Below, one piece after another: positions 35,955 through 45,948 of a DNA stretch of 64,000 nt. The DNA comes from Pseudomonadota bacterium (GTDB taxonomy: Bacteria; Pseudomonadota; Gammaproteobacteria; Burkholderiales; Burkholderiaceae_C). Position numbers and translations under genes: made by a program. Where the stretch lies: assembly GCA_020161775.1 (NCBI GenBank), contig JAIUOW010000005.1:80209-144208 (forward strand). Direction: 5' to 3'. Under the pieces are notes generated by a model that had not been told where the DNA came from, ran no database searches, and saw nothing but the letters and a program-made list of their open reading frames with translations. Position 1 is the stretch's first letter. Every line of letters begins with the position of its first letter.

Positions 35955-36165
35955 AACCTCTCTGTGCAGTCCCACCGGGAGCTGTGTGAATCTTTGTGTT
36001 CAAGGCGCTGAGAGACGTCCACCGACCCAGCAACCAACCCCGCATGATTTCAAGCCCGCAAATCCGTCCAGCCGTGGGACGGTTGACCGAAATTTTCTCA
36101 ATCACCCAAATCTGAACCAATCAAGTCTTTGACCTCCCTGCAACTACCGGCCCAGATACACCGAC

Positions 36166-36360
36166 ATGAGACTCCTCATCGCCCTCCTCCTCCCCTGGCT
36201 CACCTTCTTCACCATTGGCCGCCCTTTCGCCGGCATTTTCTGCCTGATCCTGCAGCTCACCCTGATTGGCTGGCTGCCCGCAACCATTTGGGCGGTCTAT
36301 GCGCTCAGCCAGTTCAAGACCGATCAGAAAATCCGCAAAGCACTTGCAGCGCGTGACTGA
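36166..36360 (+). CDS. small two-helix membrane protein, YqaE/Pmp3 (UPF0057)-like
   Basis: MRLLIALLLPWLTFFTIGRPFAGIFCLILQLTLIGWLPATIWAVYAL matches the LLPP..VF...G......N..LTLLG.IPG.IHA.Y pattern of Pmp3-type proteolipids. Followed by a terminator-like hairpin. Confidence 0.6.
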   Translation: MRLLIALLLPWLTFFTIGRPFAGIFCLILQLTLIGWLPATIWAVYALSQFKTDQKIRKALAARD

Positions 36361-36437
36361 TCCAGGCGCCTGACTCCTGCTTTTCGCGCTCCGGCACCCG
36401 CACTCCCGCAACTCAAACCCCTTCAGCTTTTTCACCC

Positions 36438-36474
36438 AGCTTCCGGCCTGGCCAGCCGAAGGCTGCTCTTTTTT
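36438..36474 (+). terminator. rho-independent terminator candidate
   Basis: Stem agcttccgg / ccgaaggct (9 bp with one mismatch and one G-U), a 9-nt loop, then ctcTTTTTT. Confidence 0.5.
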
Positions 36475-36502
36475 CGGCCAAAAACTCTTTCGGAGGATCA
36501 AA

Positions 36503-37114
36503 TTGAATTCCAAACTACTCATTGCATCGCTGTTTTCTGCTGTCACGCTTGCCGCTTGCGGCGGTGGTGGCGGCAGCTCTGACGTTACTGCAGCCGATGC
36601 GTCGGGCCCGTCAACCCCCGCGCCGGTATTCGCGCCAGCACCCGCCGCAGGTGCAACTTTTGACGCAGCGTGCCCCGACGCTGCGCGCAAGATCACCCTG
36701 ACCAACTCAACGATTTCCGGCGCCAACACCTCGGTGACCAATGACAACGTGACCTTGCGCGTGCGCTTCCCCGCGGGGCCCGCGACTGTCATGGTGTGCC
36801 CGCTCGGCTCTGCCACTGCTGGTTTCCCCGCCGTGCCCGCCGCGCTGACTGCACTGCTCACCGGCTCGCCGGCAGCGGCTGTGGTCGCCACGGGCGAGTT
36901 TTCGTCACTGACCAACAAGCAGCTGGACATCAGCTTCGACTTCGGCACCCAGACGGCTGACGCCATCGCCGCGAAGAAGATCGTCGCCTACACCATCGTC
37001 AACGGCGCATGGGCGCGCACGGCGCTCGCTACCACCTTCGCGGCAGGCAGCACGGCTTCGTCCAGGGTCGTGACGGCGCCGATCGAGCAGGCCGGTTTCT
37101 ACACCATCGAGTAA
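36503..37114 (+). CDS. hypothetical lipoprotein
   Basis: TTG start 5 nt after GGAGG. Lipobox LFSAVTLAAC followed by GGGGGSS. No family recognised. Confidence 0.6.
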   Translation: MNSKLLIASLFSAVTLAACGGGGGSSDVTAADASGPSTPAPVFAPAPAAGATFDAACPDAARKITLTNSTISGANTSVTNDNVTLRVRFPAGPATVMVCPLGSATAGFPAVPAALTALLTGSPAAAVVATGEFSSLTNKQLDISFDFGTQTADAIAAKKIVAYTIVNGAWARTALATTFAAGSTASSRVVTAPIEQAGFYTIE

Positions 37115-37207
37115 TCGTGCGGGGGCCGGTGCCACTGCCCTGGTACCGGCCCCGCCCCCAAAGGCCCTGGCCCCTCCTGCCCGCCCCGAAACGCGGACAA
37201 TCCCCCC

Positions 37208-38698
37208 ATGAACAAGCCCGTAGACACGGATCTTTCCCTGGACCTCGGCCTGTCCTGGCGCAACAGCTTTGCCGCGCTGGGGCCGGACTTTTACACGCCG
37301 TTGCAGCCCACACCCCTGCCCGCCCCGCACTGGGTGGCCGCCAACCCCGCGTTGGCTCGCGAGCTGGGGCTGGATGAAGCCTGGCTGGCCTCGCCCGCCG
37401 CGCTGGAGGCGTTCACGGGCAACTTGGGCATTGCCGGCACCCAGCCGCTGGCCAGTGTGTACAGCGGGCACCAGTTTGGCGTGTGGGCGGGGCAGCTGGG
37501 CGACGGCCGGGCCATTTTGCTGGGCGAGGCGCAGACGCCCGCCGGCGCGCAGGAGTTCCAGCTCAAGGGCGCGGGCCTCACGCCCTATTCACGCATGGGC
37601 GACGGGCGGGCCGTGCTGCGCTCCAGCATCCGCGAATTTTTGTGCTCCGAGGCCATGCACGGTTTGGGCATCCCCACCACCCGCGCGCTGTGCGTCACCG
37701 GCTCGCCCGCGCCGGTGTACCGTGAAGAGGCGGAGACTGCCGCCGTCGTCACCCGCGTGGCGCCCAGCTTCATCCGCTTTGGCCATTTCGAGCACTTTGC
37801 CGCGCGCGACCAGCTGGGCCCGCTGCGCGTGCTGGCTGACTACGTGATCGACCATTTCTATCCGGAATGCCGCACCAGCGACCGCTACGACGGCAACCCC
37901 TATGCCGCGCTGCTGGACGCGGTGGCCGCGCGCACGGCCGCCATGGTGGCGCAATGGCAGGCCGTGGGCTTTTGCCATGGCGTCATGAACACCGACAACA
38001 TGAGCATCCTGGGCCTGACGATCGACTACGGCCCGTTCCAGTTCATGGATGCGTTCATCCCCGGCCACATCTGCAACCACAGTGACCCCGGCGGCCGTTA
38101 TGCCTACAACAAGCAGCCCAACATCGCTTACTGGAACCTGTTCTGCCTGGGCCAGGCGCTGCTGCCGCTGATTGGCGAGCAGGAACTGGCCCTGGCCGCG
38201 CTGGAGCCCTACAAGGCACTCTTCCCGCGCGAGCTGGAGGCGCGCATGCGCGCCAAGCTGGGCCTGGCCACGGCACACGAAGGCGACCGCGAACTGATCG
38301 AAACCATCCAGAAGCTCATGGCCGCCGGCGCGGTGGACCACACCATCTTCTGGCGGCGCCTGTCGCATGCGGTGGCGGGCGGTGATTTTGAGCCGGTGCG
38401 CGACCTGTTCGCCGACCGCGCCGGGCTGGACGCTTGGCTGGCCACCTACACACCCCGGCTGGCGCATGAACCCGCGGGCCAGGCCGCCGGCCTGATGCTG
38501 CGCACCAACCCCAAGTACGTGCTGCGCAATCATCTGGGCGAGCAGGCCATCCGTCAGGCGAAACTTGGCGACTTTTCGGAAATCAACACCTTGCTGGCGC
38601 TGCTGCAGGCCCCATTTGACGAACACCCGGGTCATGACGCATACGCCGGCTTTCCGCCCGACTGGGCATCATCCATAGAAATCAGCTGTTCATCATGA
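37208..38698 (+). CDS. selO: protein adenylyltransferase SelO (YdiU/UPF0061 family)
   Basis: Characteristic N-terminal region [22 protein letters not shown]...[23 protein letters not shown] and pseudokinase-fold motifs [21 protein letters not shown]. Confidence 0.9.
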   Translation: MNKPVDTDLSLDLGLSWRNSFAALGPDFYTPLQPTPLPAPHWVAANPALARELGLDEAWLASPAALEAFTGNLGIAGTQPLASVYSGHQFGVWAGQLGDGRAILLGEAQTPAGAQEFQLKGAGLTPYSRMGDGRAVLRSSIREFLCSEAMHGLGIPTTRALCVTGSPAPVYREEAETAAVVTRVAPSFIRFGHFEHFAARDQLGPLRVLADYVIDHFYPECRTSDRYDGNPYAALLDAVAARTAAMVAQWQAVGFCHGVMNTDNMSILGLTIDYGPFQFMDAFIPGHICNHSDPGGRYAYNKQPNIAYWNLFCLGQALLPLIGEQELALAALEPYKALFPRELEARMRAKLGLATAHEGDRELIETIQKLMAAGAVDHTIFWRRLSHAVAGGDFEPVRDLFADRAGLDAWLATYTPRLAHEPAGQAAGLMLRTNPKYVLRNHLGEQAIRQAKLGDFSEINTLLALLQAPFDEHPGHDAYAGFPPDWASSIEISCSS

Positions 38699-39111
38699 GC
38701 TTCAAGATCCAGAAAACAGACGCCGAGTGGAAGGCCCTGCTCGCCCAGAAAGGGGCCGAGCCCCTGGCGTTCGACGTGACCCGGCACGAGGCCACCGAGC
38801 GCGCCTTCACAGGCAAGTACGCCGACAACAAGGAGCCCGGCACCTATGCCTGCATCTGCTGCGGCAAACCGCTGTTTGACGCGGCAGCCAAGTACGATTC
38901 GGGCACCGGCTGGCCCAGCTATTTCCAGCCGCTGGCGCCCGATGCGGTCGAGACCAAAGTGGACGGCCTGCTGTGGATGAAGCGCACCGAGGTGCACTGC
39001 GCCGACTGCGGCGCGCACCTGGGCCATGTATTCGAGGACGGCCCTGCGCCCACCGGCCTGCGCTATTGCATGAATTCGGCGTCCCTGGATTTCAAGAAGC
39101 AACAAGCATGA
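38695..39111 (+). CDS. msrB: peptide-methionine (R)-S-oxide reductase
   Basis: CxxC pairs (CICCGKPLF and [13 protein letters not shown]) and the catalytic [13 protein letters not shown] overlap with the selO stop. Confidence 0.92.
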   Translation: MSFKIQKTDAEWKALLAQKGAEPLAFDVTRHEATERAFTGKYADNKEPGTYACICCGKPLFDAAAKYDSGTGWPSYFQPLAPDAVETKVDGLLWMKRTEVHCADCGAHLGHVFEDGPAPTGLRYCMNSASLDFKKQQA

Positions 39112-39674
39112 AGCTGCTGATCGACTTTTTCCCCATCATCCTGTTCTTTGTCGCGTTCAAGTTCGCCGACATCTACGTGGCCACTGGCGTGGCCATCGTG
39201 GCCACCATCGCACAGATTGCCTACCTGCGTTACAAGGTCGGCAAGATCGAACCCATGCAATGGGTCAGCCTGGGCGTGATCGTGCTGTTCGGCGGTGCCA
39301 CCATCATTGCCCACAACGAAACCTTCATTAAATGGAAGCCCACCGTGCTGTACTGGCTGATGGGCGGCGCGCTGCTGGTGGGCCAGCTGCTGTTCAAGAA
39401 GAACCTGCTCAAGTCCTTGATGGGCGCCCAGATGGAGCTGCCGGACGACGCCTGGCGCGTCATGAACTGGAGCTGGACCGGCTTTTTTGCCGTCATGGGT
39501 GTGATCAATCTGTGGGTGGCCTACACCTTCAGCACCGACGCCTGGGTCAATTTCAAGCTGTTTGGCGGGCTGGGCCTGATGGCGGTGTTTGTGGTGGGCC
39601 AGGCGCTGTACCTGGGCAAGTACCTCAAATCCGACGACGAACCCGCCCCGGCCAAAAAGGCCAATGAATCATGA
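39108..39674 (+). CDS. yciB: inner membrane septation protein A (YciB/IspZ family)
   Basis: Begins [35 protein letters not shown] overlap with the msrB stop. The ORF-track N-terminal extension is rejected. Confidence 0.85.
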   Translation: MKLLIDFFPIILFFVAFKFADIYVATGVAIVATIAQIAYLRYKVGKIEPMQWVSLGVIVLFGGATIIAHNETFIKWKPTVLYWLMGGALLVGQLLFKKNLLKSLMGAQMELPDDAWRVMNWSWTGFFAVMGVINLWVAYTFSTDAWVNFKLFGGLGLMAVFVVGQALYLGKYLKSDDEPAPAKKANES

Positions 39675-39937
39675 GCACGGGCGTCACGGCCGCCGCCATG
39701 CAGGCGCGGCTGCAGGAACTCCTGGCGCCCACCCAGCTCGAAGTGCTGGACGAAAGCGCCGCGCATGCGGGCCATGCAGGCGCGGACGGCACCGGGTCCG
39801 GCACCCATTTCCGGGTGCGGATTGCTTCACCTTTGTTTACCGGCAAGCCCCGCGTGGCGCGGCATCGCCTTGTGTATGATGCGCTGCAACTTTTTATTGA
39901 CCGGGGCGTGCATGCCCTGGCGATCGAAATTCTCTGA
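39671..39937 (+). CDS. BolA family protein
   Basis: 88 aa, with [15 protein letters not shown]...[28 protein letters not shown] typical of BolA/YrbA. ATGA overlap with the yciB stop. Confidence 0.8.
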   Translation: MSTGVTAAAMQARLQELLAPTQLEVLDESAAHAGHAGADGTGSGTHFRVRIASPLFTGKPRVARHRLVYDALQLFIDRGVHALAIEIL

Positions 39938-39953
39938 ACCTCAGGATATCCCT

Positions 39954-40739
39954 ATGAAGAACCGTTACCTGACCGCTGTCGCAGCGGCCGCCCTGATTGG
40001 CGCATTCGCCCTGCCCGCCGCGGCGCAAAACCTGGCCATCGTCAACGGCAAGCCCGTGCCCAAGTCGCGCGCCGACGCACTGGCCCAGCAGATCGCCAAG
40101 TCCGGCCGCCCCGTCACGCCTGAGATGCAGGGCCAGCTCAAGGACGAAGTCATTGCGCGCGAAATCTTCATGCAGGAAGCGCAAAAGCTCGGCCTGGACG
40201 CTACGGACGACTACAAGAACCAGATGGACCTGGCCCGCCAGACCCTGCTGATCCGCGAGCTGTTTGCCGACTACCAGAAGAAAAACCCGGTGACCGACGC
40301 CGACATCAAGGCTGAATACGACAAGTTCGTCGCGGCCAACGGCGGCAAGGAATACCGTGCCCGCCACATCCTGGTGGAAAAGGAAGACGAGGCCAAGGCC
40401 ATCATCGCCAGCCTGAAAAAGGGCGGCAAGTTTGACGACATCGCCAAGAAGCAGTCCAAGGACCCGGGCTCCGGCGCCAACGGCGGTGACCTGGACTGGG
40501 CCAATGCCAGCAGCTATGTGCCCGAGTTCTCCAGCGCCATGATCAAGCTCAACAAGGGCCAGACCACCGACGCGCCGGTCAAGAGCCAGTTCGGCTTTCA
40601 CGTGATCCGCCTGGACGACGTGCGCGAAGCGCAGCTGCCCAAGCTGGAAGAGGTCAAGCCCCAGATCGCCCAGCAGCTGCAGCAGCAGAAGCTGGCGAAG
40701 TTCCAGGACGACCTGCGCGCCAAGGCCAAGATCGAGTAA
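39954..40739 (+). CDS. periplasmic parvulin-type peptidyl-prolyl cis-trans isomerase
   Basis: Signal peptide MKNRYLTAVAAAALIGAFALPAAAQ. PpiC domain EYRARHILVEKEDEAKAII...GGDLDWA...QFGFHVIRLDDVR. Confidence 0.85.
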   Translation: MKNRYLTAVAAAALIGAFALPAAAQNLAIVNGKPVPKSRADALAQQIAKSGRPVTPEMQGQLKDEVIAREIFMQEAQKLGLDATDDYKNQMDLARQTLLIRELFADYQKKNPVTDADIKAEYDKFVAANGGKEYRARHILVEKEDEAKAIIASLKKGGKFDDIAKKQSKDPGSGANGGDLDWANASSYVPEFSSAMIKLNKGQTTDAPVKSQFGFHVIRLDDVREAQLPKLEEVKPQIAQQLQQQKLAKFQDDLRAKAKIE

Positions 40740-40750
40740 CCCGGTTTGTC

Positions 40751-40798
40751 ATTGCGGACTCGATCCGCAATCCATGGATCCCGGATCAAGTCCGGGAT
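40751..40798. repeat. two tandem 8-bp-stem/5-nt-loop hairpins (ATTGCGGA-ctcga-TCCGCAAT and ATCCCGGA-tcaag-TCCGGGAT), REP-like
   Basis: Direct reading. Both lie in the 3' intergenic region, between the ppiC-type gene and the terminator. Confidence 0.5.
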
Positions 40799-40808
40799 GG
40801 CAGAAGAG

Positions 40809-40833
40809 AAAGCGGCCCGCGGGCCGCCTTTTT
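40809..40833. terminator. bidirectional rho-independent terminator
   Basis: AAA-GCGGCCC-GC-GGGCCGC-CTTTTT sits between the convergent ppiC-type and DUF1624-like genes. Confidence 0.7.
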
Positions 40834-41570
40834 CATGAAGCAAGCGCCTTGGCCGCCATCAGCATGCCGATCAGCACCGGCTGGTGCAGCATGTACCAGC
40901 TGAGGCTCCAGCGGCCCAGCCAGGCCAGCGGCGTGGCGCCTGCGGGCAGGGCCACCGCCACCCAGGCGGGCCGCCGCGTCAGCAGCCATTGCCCCGCCGC
41001 CATGCCCCACCACATCACCCCCAGCCAGGGCAGCAGCGGCACATAGTCTTCGGTGATGGGCTTGCGCCCGATCAGGCCCAGCCAGTTCAGCGCCGGGGTG
41101 TTCAGCACCTCGGGCAGCCAGCCCGCGCCGTGCAATTGCCATGCGATGAATTTGGCCCCAATGGCCAGCGCCCCCAGCAGCCACAGCCAGGCGCCCCACC
41201 CCGCCGTGAACCGCACCACGATCAGCATGAGCGCAATGCCATGCAGCACGCCAAAGTAAATGAAGCTCTTGGGGTACATGAAGTACGAACCCGCCGTGAC
41301 CAGCAGCGCGCAACCGGCCACCTGCGCCCAGCGTTTCCAGAACCGGGCCGCGCTTTGCCCCTGCGCCACGGCCACCGCCTGCCCCAGCCCGGCGCAGAAC
41401 AGGAACAGGCTCACGATGGCAGTACGCTGCCATGTCCAGAACGGGTCGCGGTAAAAGTCCTCTTTCAGCCAGCCGAAATGGTTGAGGTCAAAGCAGAAAT
41501 GGAAAACCGTCATCCAGACGATGGCCAGTCCCCGCAGGGCATCAATGGCGTCGAAGCGTTGGGCGGTCAT
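40833..41570 (-). CDS. DUF1624 / heparan-alpha-glucosaminide N-acetyltransferase-like membrane protein
   Basis: MTAQRFDAIDALRGLAIVWMTVFHFCFDLNHFG is typical of this acyltransferase-like membrane family. Start ATG 41570 is preferred over 41612, which would overlap the divergent U32 gene. Confidence 0.7.
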   Translation of the reverse strand: MTAQRFDAIDALRGLAIVWMTVFHFCFDLNHFGWLKEDFYRDPFWTWQRTAIVSLFLFCAGLGQAVAVAQGQSAARFWKRWAQVAGCALLVTAGSYFMYPKSFIYFGVLHGIALMLIVVRFTAGWGAWLWLLGALAIGAKFIAWQLHGAGWLPEVLNTPALNWLGLIGRKPITEDYVPLLPWLGVMWWGMAAGQWLLTRRPAWVAVALPAGATPLAWLGRWSLSWYMLHQPVLIGMLMAAKALAS

Positions 41571-41610
41571 GGCGGCAAGTGTAGAGCCCTGCCCTTTAAA
41601 ATCCGGCTCC

Positions 41611-43638
41611 ATGTCCCTGCTCAGTCACCAGCTTGAACTGCTGGCCCCCGCCCGCGACGCCGACATCGGCATCGAAGCCATCAACCATGGCGCCGATGCG
41701 GTGTACATCGGCGGCCCCGGCTTTGGCGCACGCGCCAGCGCGGGCAACGACCTGCGCAGCATCGAGCGGCTGTGCAAGCATGCCCACCGCTTTGGCAGCC
41801 GCATCTTCATCACGCTCAACACCATCCTGCGCGACGACGAGCTGGAACCCGCCCGCCAGATGGCCTGGGACGTGTACAACGCAGGCGCCGACGTGCTGAT
41901 CGTGCAGGACATGGGCCTGCTCGAGATCGACCTGCCCCCCATCCAGCTGCACGCCAGCACCCAGACCGACATCCGCACCGTGGACAAGGCCCGCTTTTTG
42001 CAGGACGCCGGCTTCTCGCAGATCGTGCTGGCGCGCGAGCTGACGATCGAGCAGATCCGCGACATCCACGCCGCGCTGGATGCTGAGCGCTGCAAGCTGG
42101 AGTTTTTCGTGCATGGCGCGCTGTGCGTGGCCTACAGCGGCCAGTGCTTCATCAGCCATGCCCACACCGGGCGCAGCGCCAACCGGGGCGACTGTTCGCA
42201 GGCCTGCCGCCTGCCTTACGAAGTGATCGACAGCCAGGGCCGCATCGTCGCGCACGAAAAGCACGTGCTGTCCATGAAGGACAACAACCAGAGCGCCAAC
42301 ATGGCCGCGCTGATTGACGCCGGGGTGCGCAGCTTCAAGATAGAAGGCCGCTACAAGGACATGGCCTATGTCAAGAACATCACGGCCCATTACCGCAAGC
42401 TGATTGACGAAGTGATTGAGGCGCGCGAAGGGTCAGCCCAGCCGCTGGCGCGCGCCTCCAGCGGGCGCACCACCTTCACCTTCACGCCCGACCCCAACCA
42501 GAACTTCAACCGCGAATTCACCGATTACTTCGTCAATGGCCGCAAGGACGACATCGGCGCGTTTGACACGCCCAAGAACCCGGGCCAGGCCATCGGCTGG
42601 GTCAGCAAGGTGGGCCCGGATTGGGTGGAGCTGGAATGCAGCGACCCGGCCACCGTGCTGCACAACGGCGACGGCCTGTGCTACTACGACCTGCAAAAGG
42701 AACTGGTGGGCCTGGCCATCAACCGCGCCGAGCCCGCAGGTAACAACGGGCAGGCCAAGGGCCACTGGCGCGTGTACCCCAAGGACCCGGTTGCGGGCCT
42801 GAAAGACCTGCGCCGCGGCACAGAGATCAACCGCAACCGCGACATGGACTGGGTGCGCACGCTGGACAAAAAGTCCAGCGACCGGCGCATTGGCGTGTGG
42901 GCCAGCCTGGCTGAAACAGCCCACGGCCTGAGCCTGACGCTGACCGACGAAGACGGCTACACCGGCACCGCCGACGTGGCCCAGGCCCTGCAGCCCGCGC
43001 GCGACCCGGCCACGGCCGAGGCCAGCCTGCGTGAGCACCTGGGGCGCTTTGGCGGCACGATCTTCGAGCCGCTGGACATCCAGCTGAACCTGAGCCAACC
43101 CTGGTTCGTCCCCGCGTCGGTGCTCAACCCGCTGCGCCGCGACGCCGCCGCCGCACTGGAGGCCGCGCGCGCCGCCGGCTACCAGCGGCCCCAGCGGGCC
43201 CAGCCGGTGCAACCGCCCGTGCCCTACCCCGAAGACACCCTGACCTACCTGGCCAATGTGTTCAACAGCAAGGCGCGGGACTTCTATGCAAAGCACGGCG
43301 TCAAGGTGATCGGCGCGGCGTATGAGAGCCACGAGGAAGAAGGCGAAGTCAGCCTGATGATCACCAAGCATTGCGTACGCTGGTCCATGAGCCTGTGCCC
43401 CAAGCAGGCCAAGGGTGTGATCGGCGTCAAGGGCACGATCAAGGCCGAGCCCATGCAGCTTGTGAACGGCAAGGAAAAGCTGACACTGCGCTTTGACTGC
43501 AAGCCCTGCGAAATGCACGTGGTGGGCAAGATGAAAAAGTCCGTGATGAACCAGCGCGAGCGTGACATGGCCGAGGCCACCGCCGTGCCCATGACGTTTT
43601 ACCGCACCCGGCCGGCCGCGGCGGCCAGCCGTTCCTGA
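41611..43638 (+). CDS. U32 family peptidase-like protein with long C-terminal extension (RlhA/YdcP-like)
   Basis: Start MSLLSHQLELLAPARDADIGIEAINHGADAVYIGGPGFGARA. Also the U32 signature region EFFVHGALCVAYSGQCFISH. About 675 aa. Confidence 0.85.
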   Translation: MSLLSHQLELLAPARDADIGIEAINHGADAVYIGGPGFGARASAGNDLRSIERLCKHAHRFGSRIFITLNTILRDDELEPARQMAWDVYNAGADVLIVQDMGLLEIDLPPIQLHASTQTDIRTVDKARFLQDAGFSQIVLARELTIEQIRDIHAALDAERCKLEFFVHGALCVAYSGQCFISHAHTGRSANRGDCSQACRLPYEVIDSQGRIVAHEKHVLSMKDNNQSANMAALIDAGVRSFKIEGRYKDMAYVKNITAHYRKLIDEVIEAREGSAQPLARASSGRTTFTFTPDPNQNFNREFTDYFVNGRKDDIGAFDTPKNPGQAIGWVSKVGPDWVELECSDPATVLHNGDGLCYYDLQKELVGLAINRAEPAGNNGQAKGHWRVYPKDPVAGLKDLRRGTEINRNRDMDWVRTLDKKSSDRRIGVWASLAETAHGLSLTLTDEDGYTGTADVAQALQPARDPATAEASLREHLGRFGGTIFEPLDIQLNLSQPWFVPASVLNPLRRDAAAALEAARAAGYQRPQRAQPVQPPVPYPEDTLTYLANVFNSKARDFYAKHGVKVIGAAYESHEEEGEVSLMITKHCVRWSMSLCPKQAKGVIGVKGTIKAEPMQLVNGKEKLTLRFDCKPCEMHVVGKMKKSVMNQRERDMAEATAVPMTFYRTRPAAAASRS

Positions 43639-43639
43639 T

Positions 43640-44554
43640 TCAGCGCATCAGCGTCGATTTGCCAAACAGGCTGGCCACCAGGTCGACCGCCAGCTGCGCG
43701 GTGCGGTTGCGCGTGTCCATGGCGGGGTTGACTTCCACCACGTCCAGCGAGCCCAGCCGGCCCGTGTCGGCAATCATTTCCATGCACAGCTGCATTTCGC
43801 GGTAAGTGGGGCCGCCGGGCACGGCCGTGCCCACGCCGGGGGCGTCAGCCGGGTCCAGGCAATCCACGTCAAAGCTCACGTGCAGGTGCGTATGTTCGTC
43901 CACGTCCTGCAGCACCTCGGTCATGGTGTTGCGCATGCCGTGCTCGTCCAGGTGGCGCATGTCAAACACCTGCAGGTCCAGCTGCCGGATCGCGCGGCGC
44001 TCGGCGGCGTCCACCGAGCGGATGCCCACGAAATCAATCGCATCGGCGCGGATGGCCGCGCGCTCGCCGCTCCAGCCCGTGAGCGCAGCTGGCCCATGGC
44101 CCAGCAGGCACGACACCGGCATGCCGTGCAGGTTGCCGCTTTCGCTGCTGTCTGCCGTGTTGACGTCGGCATGGGCGTCCAGCCAGATCACGCGCAGCAG
44201 CTTGCCATGGGCCCGGCAATGGCGCGCCATGGCGCTGATGGAGCCGATGGCCAGGCTGTGGTCGCCGCCCATGAGCAGCGGCACGGCCCCGCCGCCCAGC
44301 GCCCGCGTCACGGCGTCATCAATCGCGCGGTTCCAGCCCACCACTTCGTCGAGGCCGCGCGCGCTGGCGGCCACCTGCGGCGGTACCGCCCCGGGCGCGG
44401 GCATGGGCAGGTTGCCCCAGTCTTCCACCTCGGCGTCCTGGGCGCGCAGGGCCTGCGCCAGGCCAGCCACGCGCAAGGCATCGGGCCCCATGCGGCAGCC
44501 CGCCACGCTGGCGCCCACGTCTGCCGGCGCACCGATCAGCACCACCTTGGTCAT
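43640..44554 (-). CDS. arginase (ureohydrolase family)
   Basis: Start MTKVVLIGAPADVG (ATG 44554 after AAGGAA). Motifs GGDHSLAIG, WLDAHADVNT, SGNLHGMPVSCLLG and SFDVDCLDP. The ORF-track N-terminal extension is rejected. Confidence 0.88.
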   Translation of the reverse strand: MTKVVLIGAPADVGASVAGCRMGPDALRVAGLAQALRAQDAEVEDWGNLPMPAPGAVPPQVAASARGLDEVVGWNRAIDDAVTRALGGGAVPLLMGGDHSLAIGSISAMARHCRAHGKLLRVIWLDAHADVNTADSSESGNLHGMPVSCLLGHGPAALTGWSGERAAIRADAIDFVGIRSVDAAERRAIRQLDLQVFDMRHLDEHGMRNTMTEVLQDVDEHTHLHVSFDVDCLDPADAPGVGTAVPGGPTYREMQLCMEMIADTGRLGSLDVVEVNPAMDTRNRTAQLAVDLVASLFGKSTLMR

Positions 44555-44567
44555 CCGTGTTCCTTCG

Positions 44568-45002
44568 TCAGTCAATTTCGCGGCCGTCCAGCAGGCGCCG
44601 CAGGCCTTCGGCCTCCTGCAGCTGGGTGGGGGCGGATTGCTCGTAGCCTTCCACCAGCCATTGCGCGGCTTCCTGCTCGTCAACAAACACACGCAGGCGT
44701 ACCCCCATCTGCTGGGCCGCACCCTCGCTGCGGCGGGTGAGGCGCTGCACGGGCACCACGGAGGCCAGGCGGTCCAGGTGCGCAAGGTTGCGCCCGACCA
44801 GTTCGCCCAGGAACACCTGCTCTTCAGGTGTCAGCTCGTCCTGCACCGCACGCAGGTCGAACAGCGCGTTGCGGTCCGACCAGAAAATGGTTTCAGCCTC
44901 CGCCGTGTCGACCAGCGCGATGAAGTTGGGCATGGACGCCGTTCCCTCGACCGAGAACTTCACGTACTCGGCGTGGCGGTCAATGCGGATGTCGAATGGC
45001 AT
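44568..45002 (-). CDS. hypothetical protein (144 aa)
   Basis: Clean ORF 13 nt upstream of arginase on the same strand, with host-like codon usage. No family recognised. Confidence 0.55.
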   Translation of the reverse strand: MPFDIRIDRHAEYVKFSVEGTASMPNFIALVDTAEAETIFWSDRNALFDLRAVQDELTPEEQVFLGELVGRNLAHLDRLASVVPVQRLTRRSEGAAQQMGVRLRVFVDEQEAAQWLVEGYEQSAPTQLQEAEGLRRLLDGREID

Positions 45003-45072
45003 GCTTGCCTTCGGTTGCGAAAATACGCCATGCTAGTGCGGATTGACGCGGCCGGGGTGTAAAGGATTCACG

Positions 45073-45849
45073 TCAGCGCACGCTGCCCCGATAGGCATGC
45101 CAGCTCGCATGCCCCAGCCAGGGCCCGATCAGCAACACGCCCAGTGCCCAGGGCAGCGCCATGGCCGCCAGCAGCAACGCCACGATCAGCGCGCCCCACA
45201 GCAGCATCACGCCGGGATGGCCCAGCACCACCTGGATGCTGGTCAGGCCGGCGGTGATGGCGTCGGTGTCGCGGTCCAGGATCATGGGGATAGACACCAC
45301 GCAGGTGGAAAACACCAGCGCTGCGAATACGCCGCCCACCACCGAATACACGGCAACGAATTCCCAGTTCTCGGGGTTGAAGATGGCCTGCACCACGCCC
45401 GTGGTGGATGGCATGCCGGTGTTGAAGAACACCGCAAACACCACCAGTGACGCCCGGCCCCAGAGCAGTTCCAGCACGACCAGCACCAGGACCAGCATGC
45501 CCATGCTGCCCAGGTGGGTGTCCCAGCAGGTCAGGGACGCGCCCAGGTCCTGCGGCTCGCCCATGGCGCGGCGGCGGCTTGACTCATACAGGCCCATGGC
45601 CAGGAACGGCCCCACCAGGAAGCAGCCCGACACAAAGGACATGGTGTATTCGGGCAGGCTGCGAAACACCGCGCCCAGCACCACGGCCATGAGCCAGAAA
45701 CACACCCCGAACACCAGCGACACGCGCCAGGCGGCGGCCAGGTCGCGCGCGCCCGCGGCCAGCCAGGTGAAAGGATCGCGCCAGCGCAGCGCATGCAGCC
45801 GCCCGCCGGCCTGCGGGCCAGTGGGCATGGGGTTGGTGGTGGCGTTCAT
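45073..45849 (-). CDS. DUF2189-like integral membrane protein
   Basis: LRWRDPFTWLAAGARDLAAAWRVSLVFG... followed by several TM segments. The family assignment is from memory of the N-terminal pattern. Confidence 0.6.
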   Translation of the reverse strand: MNATTNPMPTGPQAGGRLHALRWRDPFTWLAAGARDLAAAWRVSLVFGVCFWLMAVVLGAVFRSLPEYTMSFVSGCFLVGPFLAMGLYESSRRRAMGEPQDLGASLTCWDTHLGSMGMLVLVLVVLELLWGRASLVVFAVFFNTGMPSTTGVVQAIFNPENWEFVAVYSVVGGVFAALVFSTCVVSIPMILDRDTDAITAGLTSIQVVLGHPGVMLLWGALIVALLLAAMALPWALGVLLIGPWLGHASWHAYRGSVR

Positions 45850-45948
45850 CGCGGGTCCGTGGCAATCAGCACCGATCTTGCACGCCCGCGGCGCCGCGTC
45901 AATCCGTGCTTGCCGCCAGCCACACCCTTGGAGCGGGGCTGTCGTCCC

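Noticed and set aside
34757-36130. Low-GC stretch considered as a mobile element or genomic islet
   Set aside because: No integrase, transposase, tRNA target or flanking direct repeats were seen. The composition is better explained by horizontally exchanged cdiA-CT/cdiI cassettes.
36121-36966. 281-aa minus-strand ORF overlapping the Pmp3-like gene and the lipoprotein gene
   Set aside because: It is antisense to two plus-strand genes that have a lipobox or family pattern and an SD. Its product is Ala/Pro/Gly-rich and featureless.
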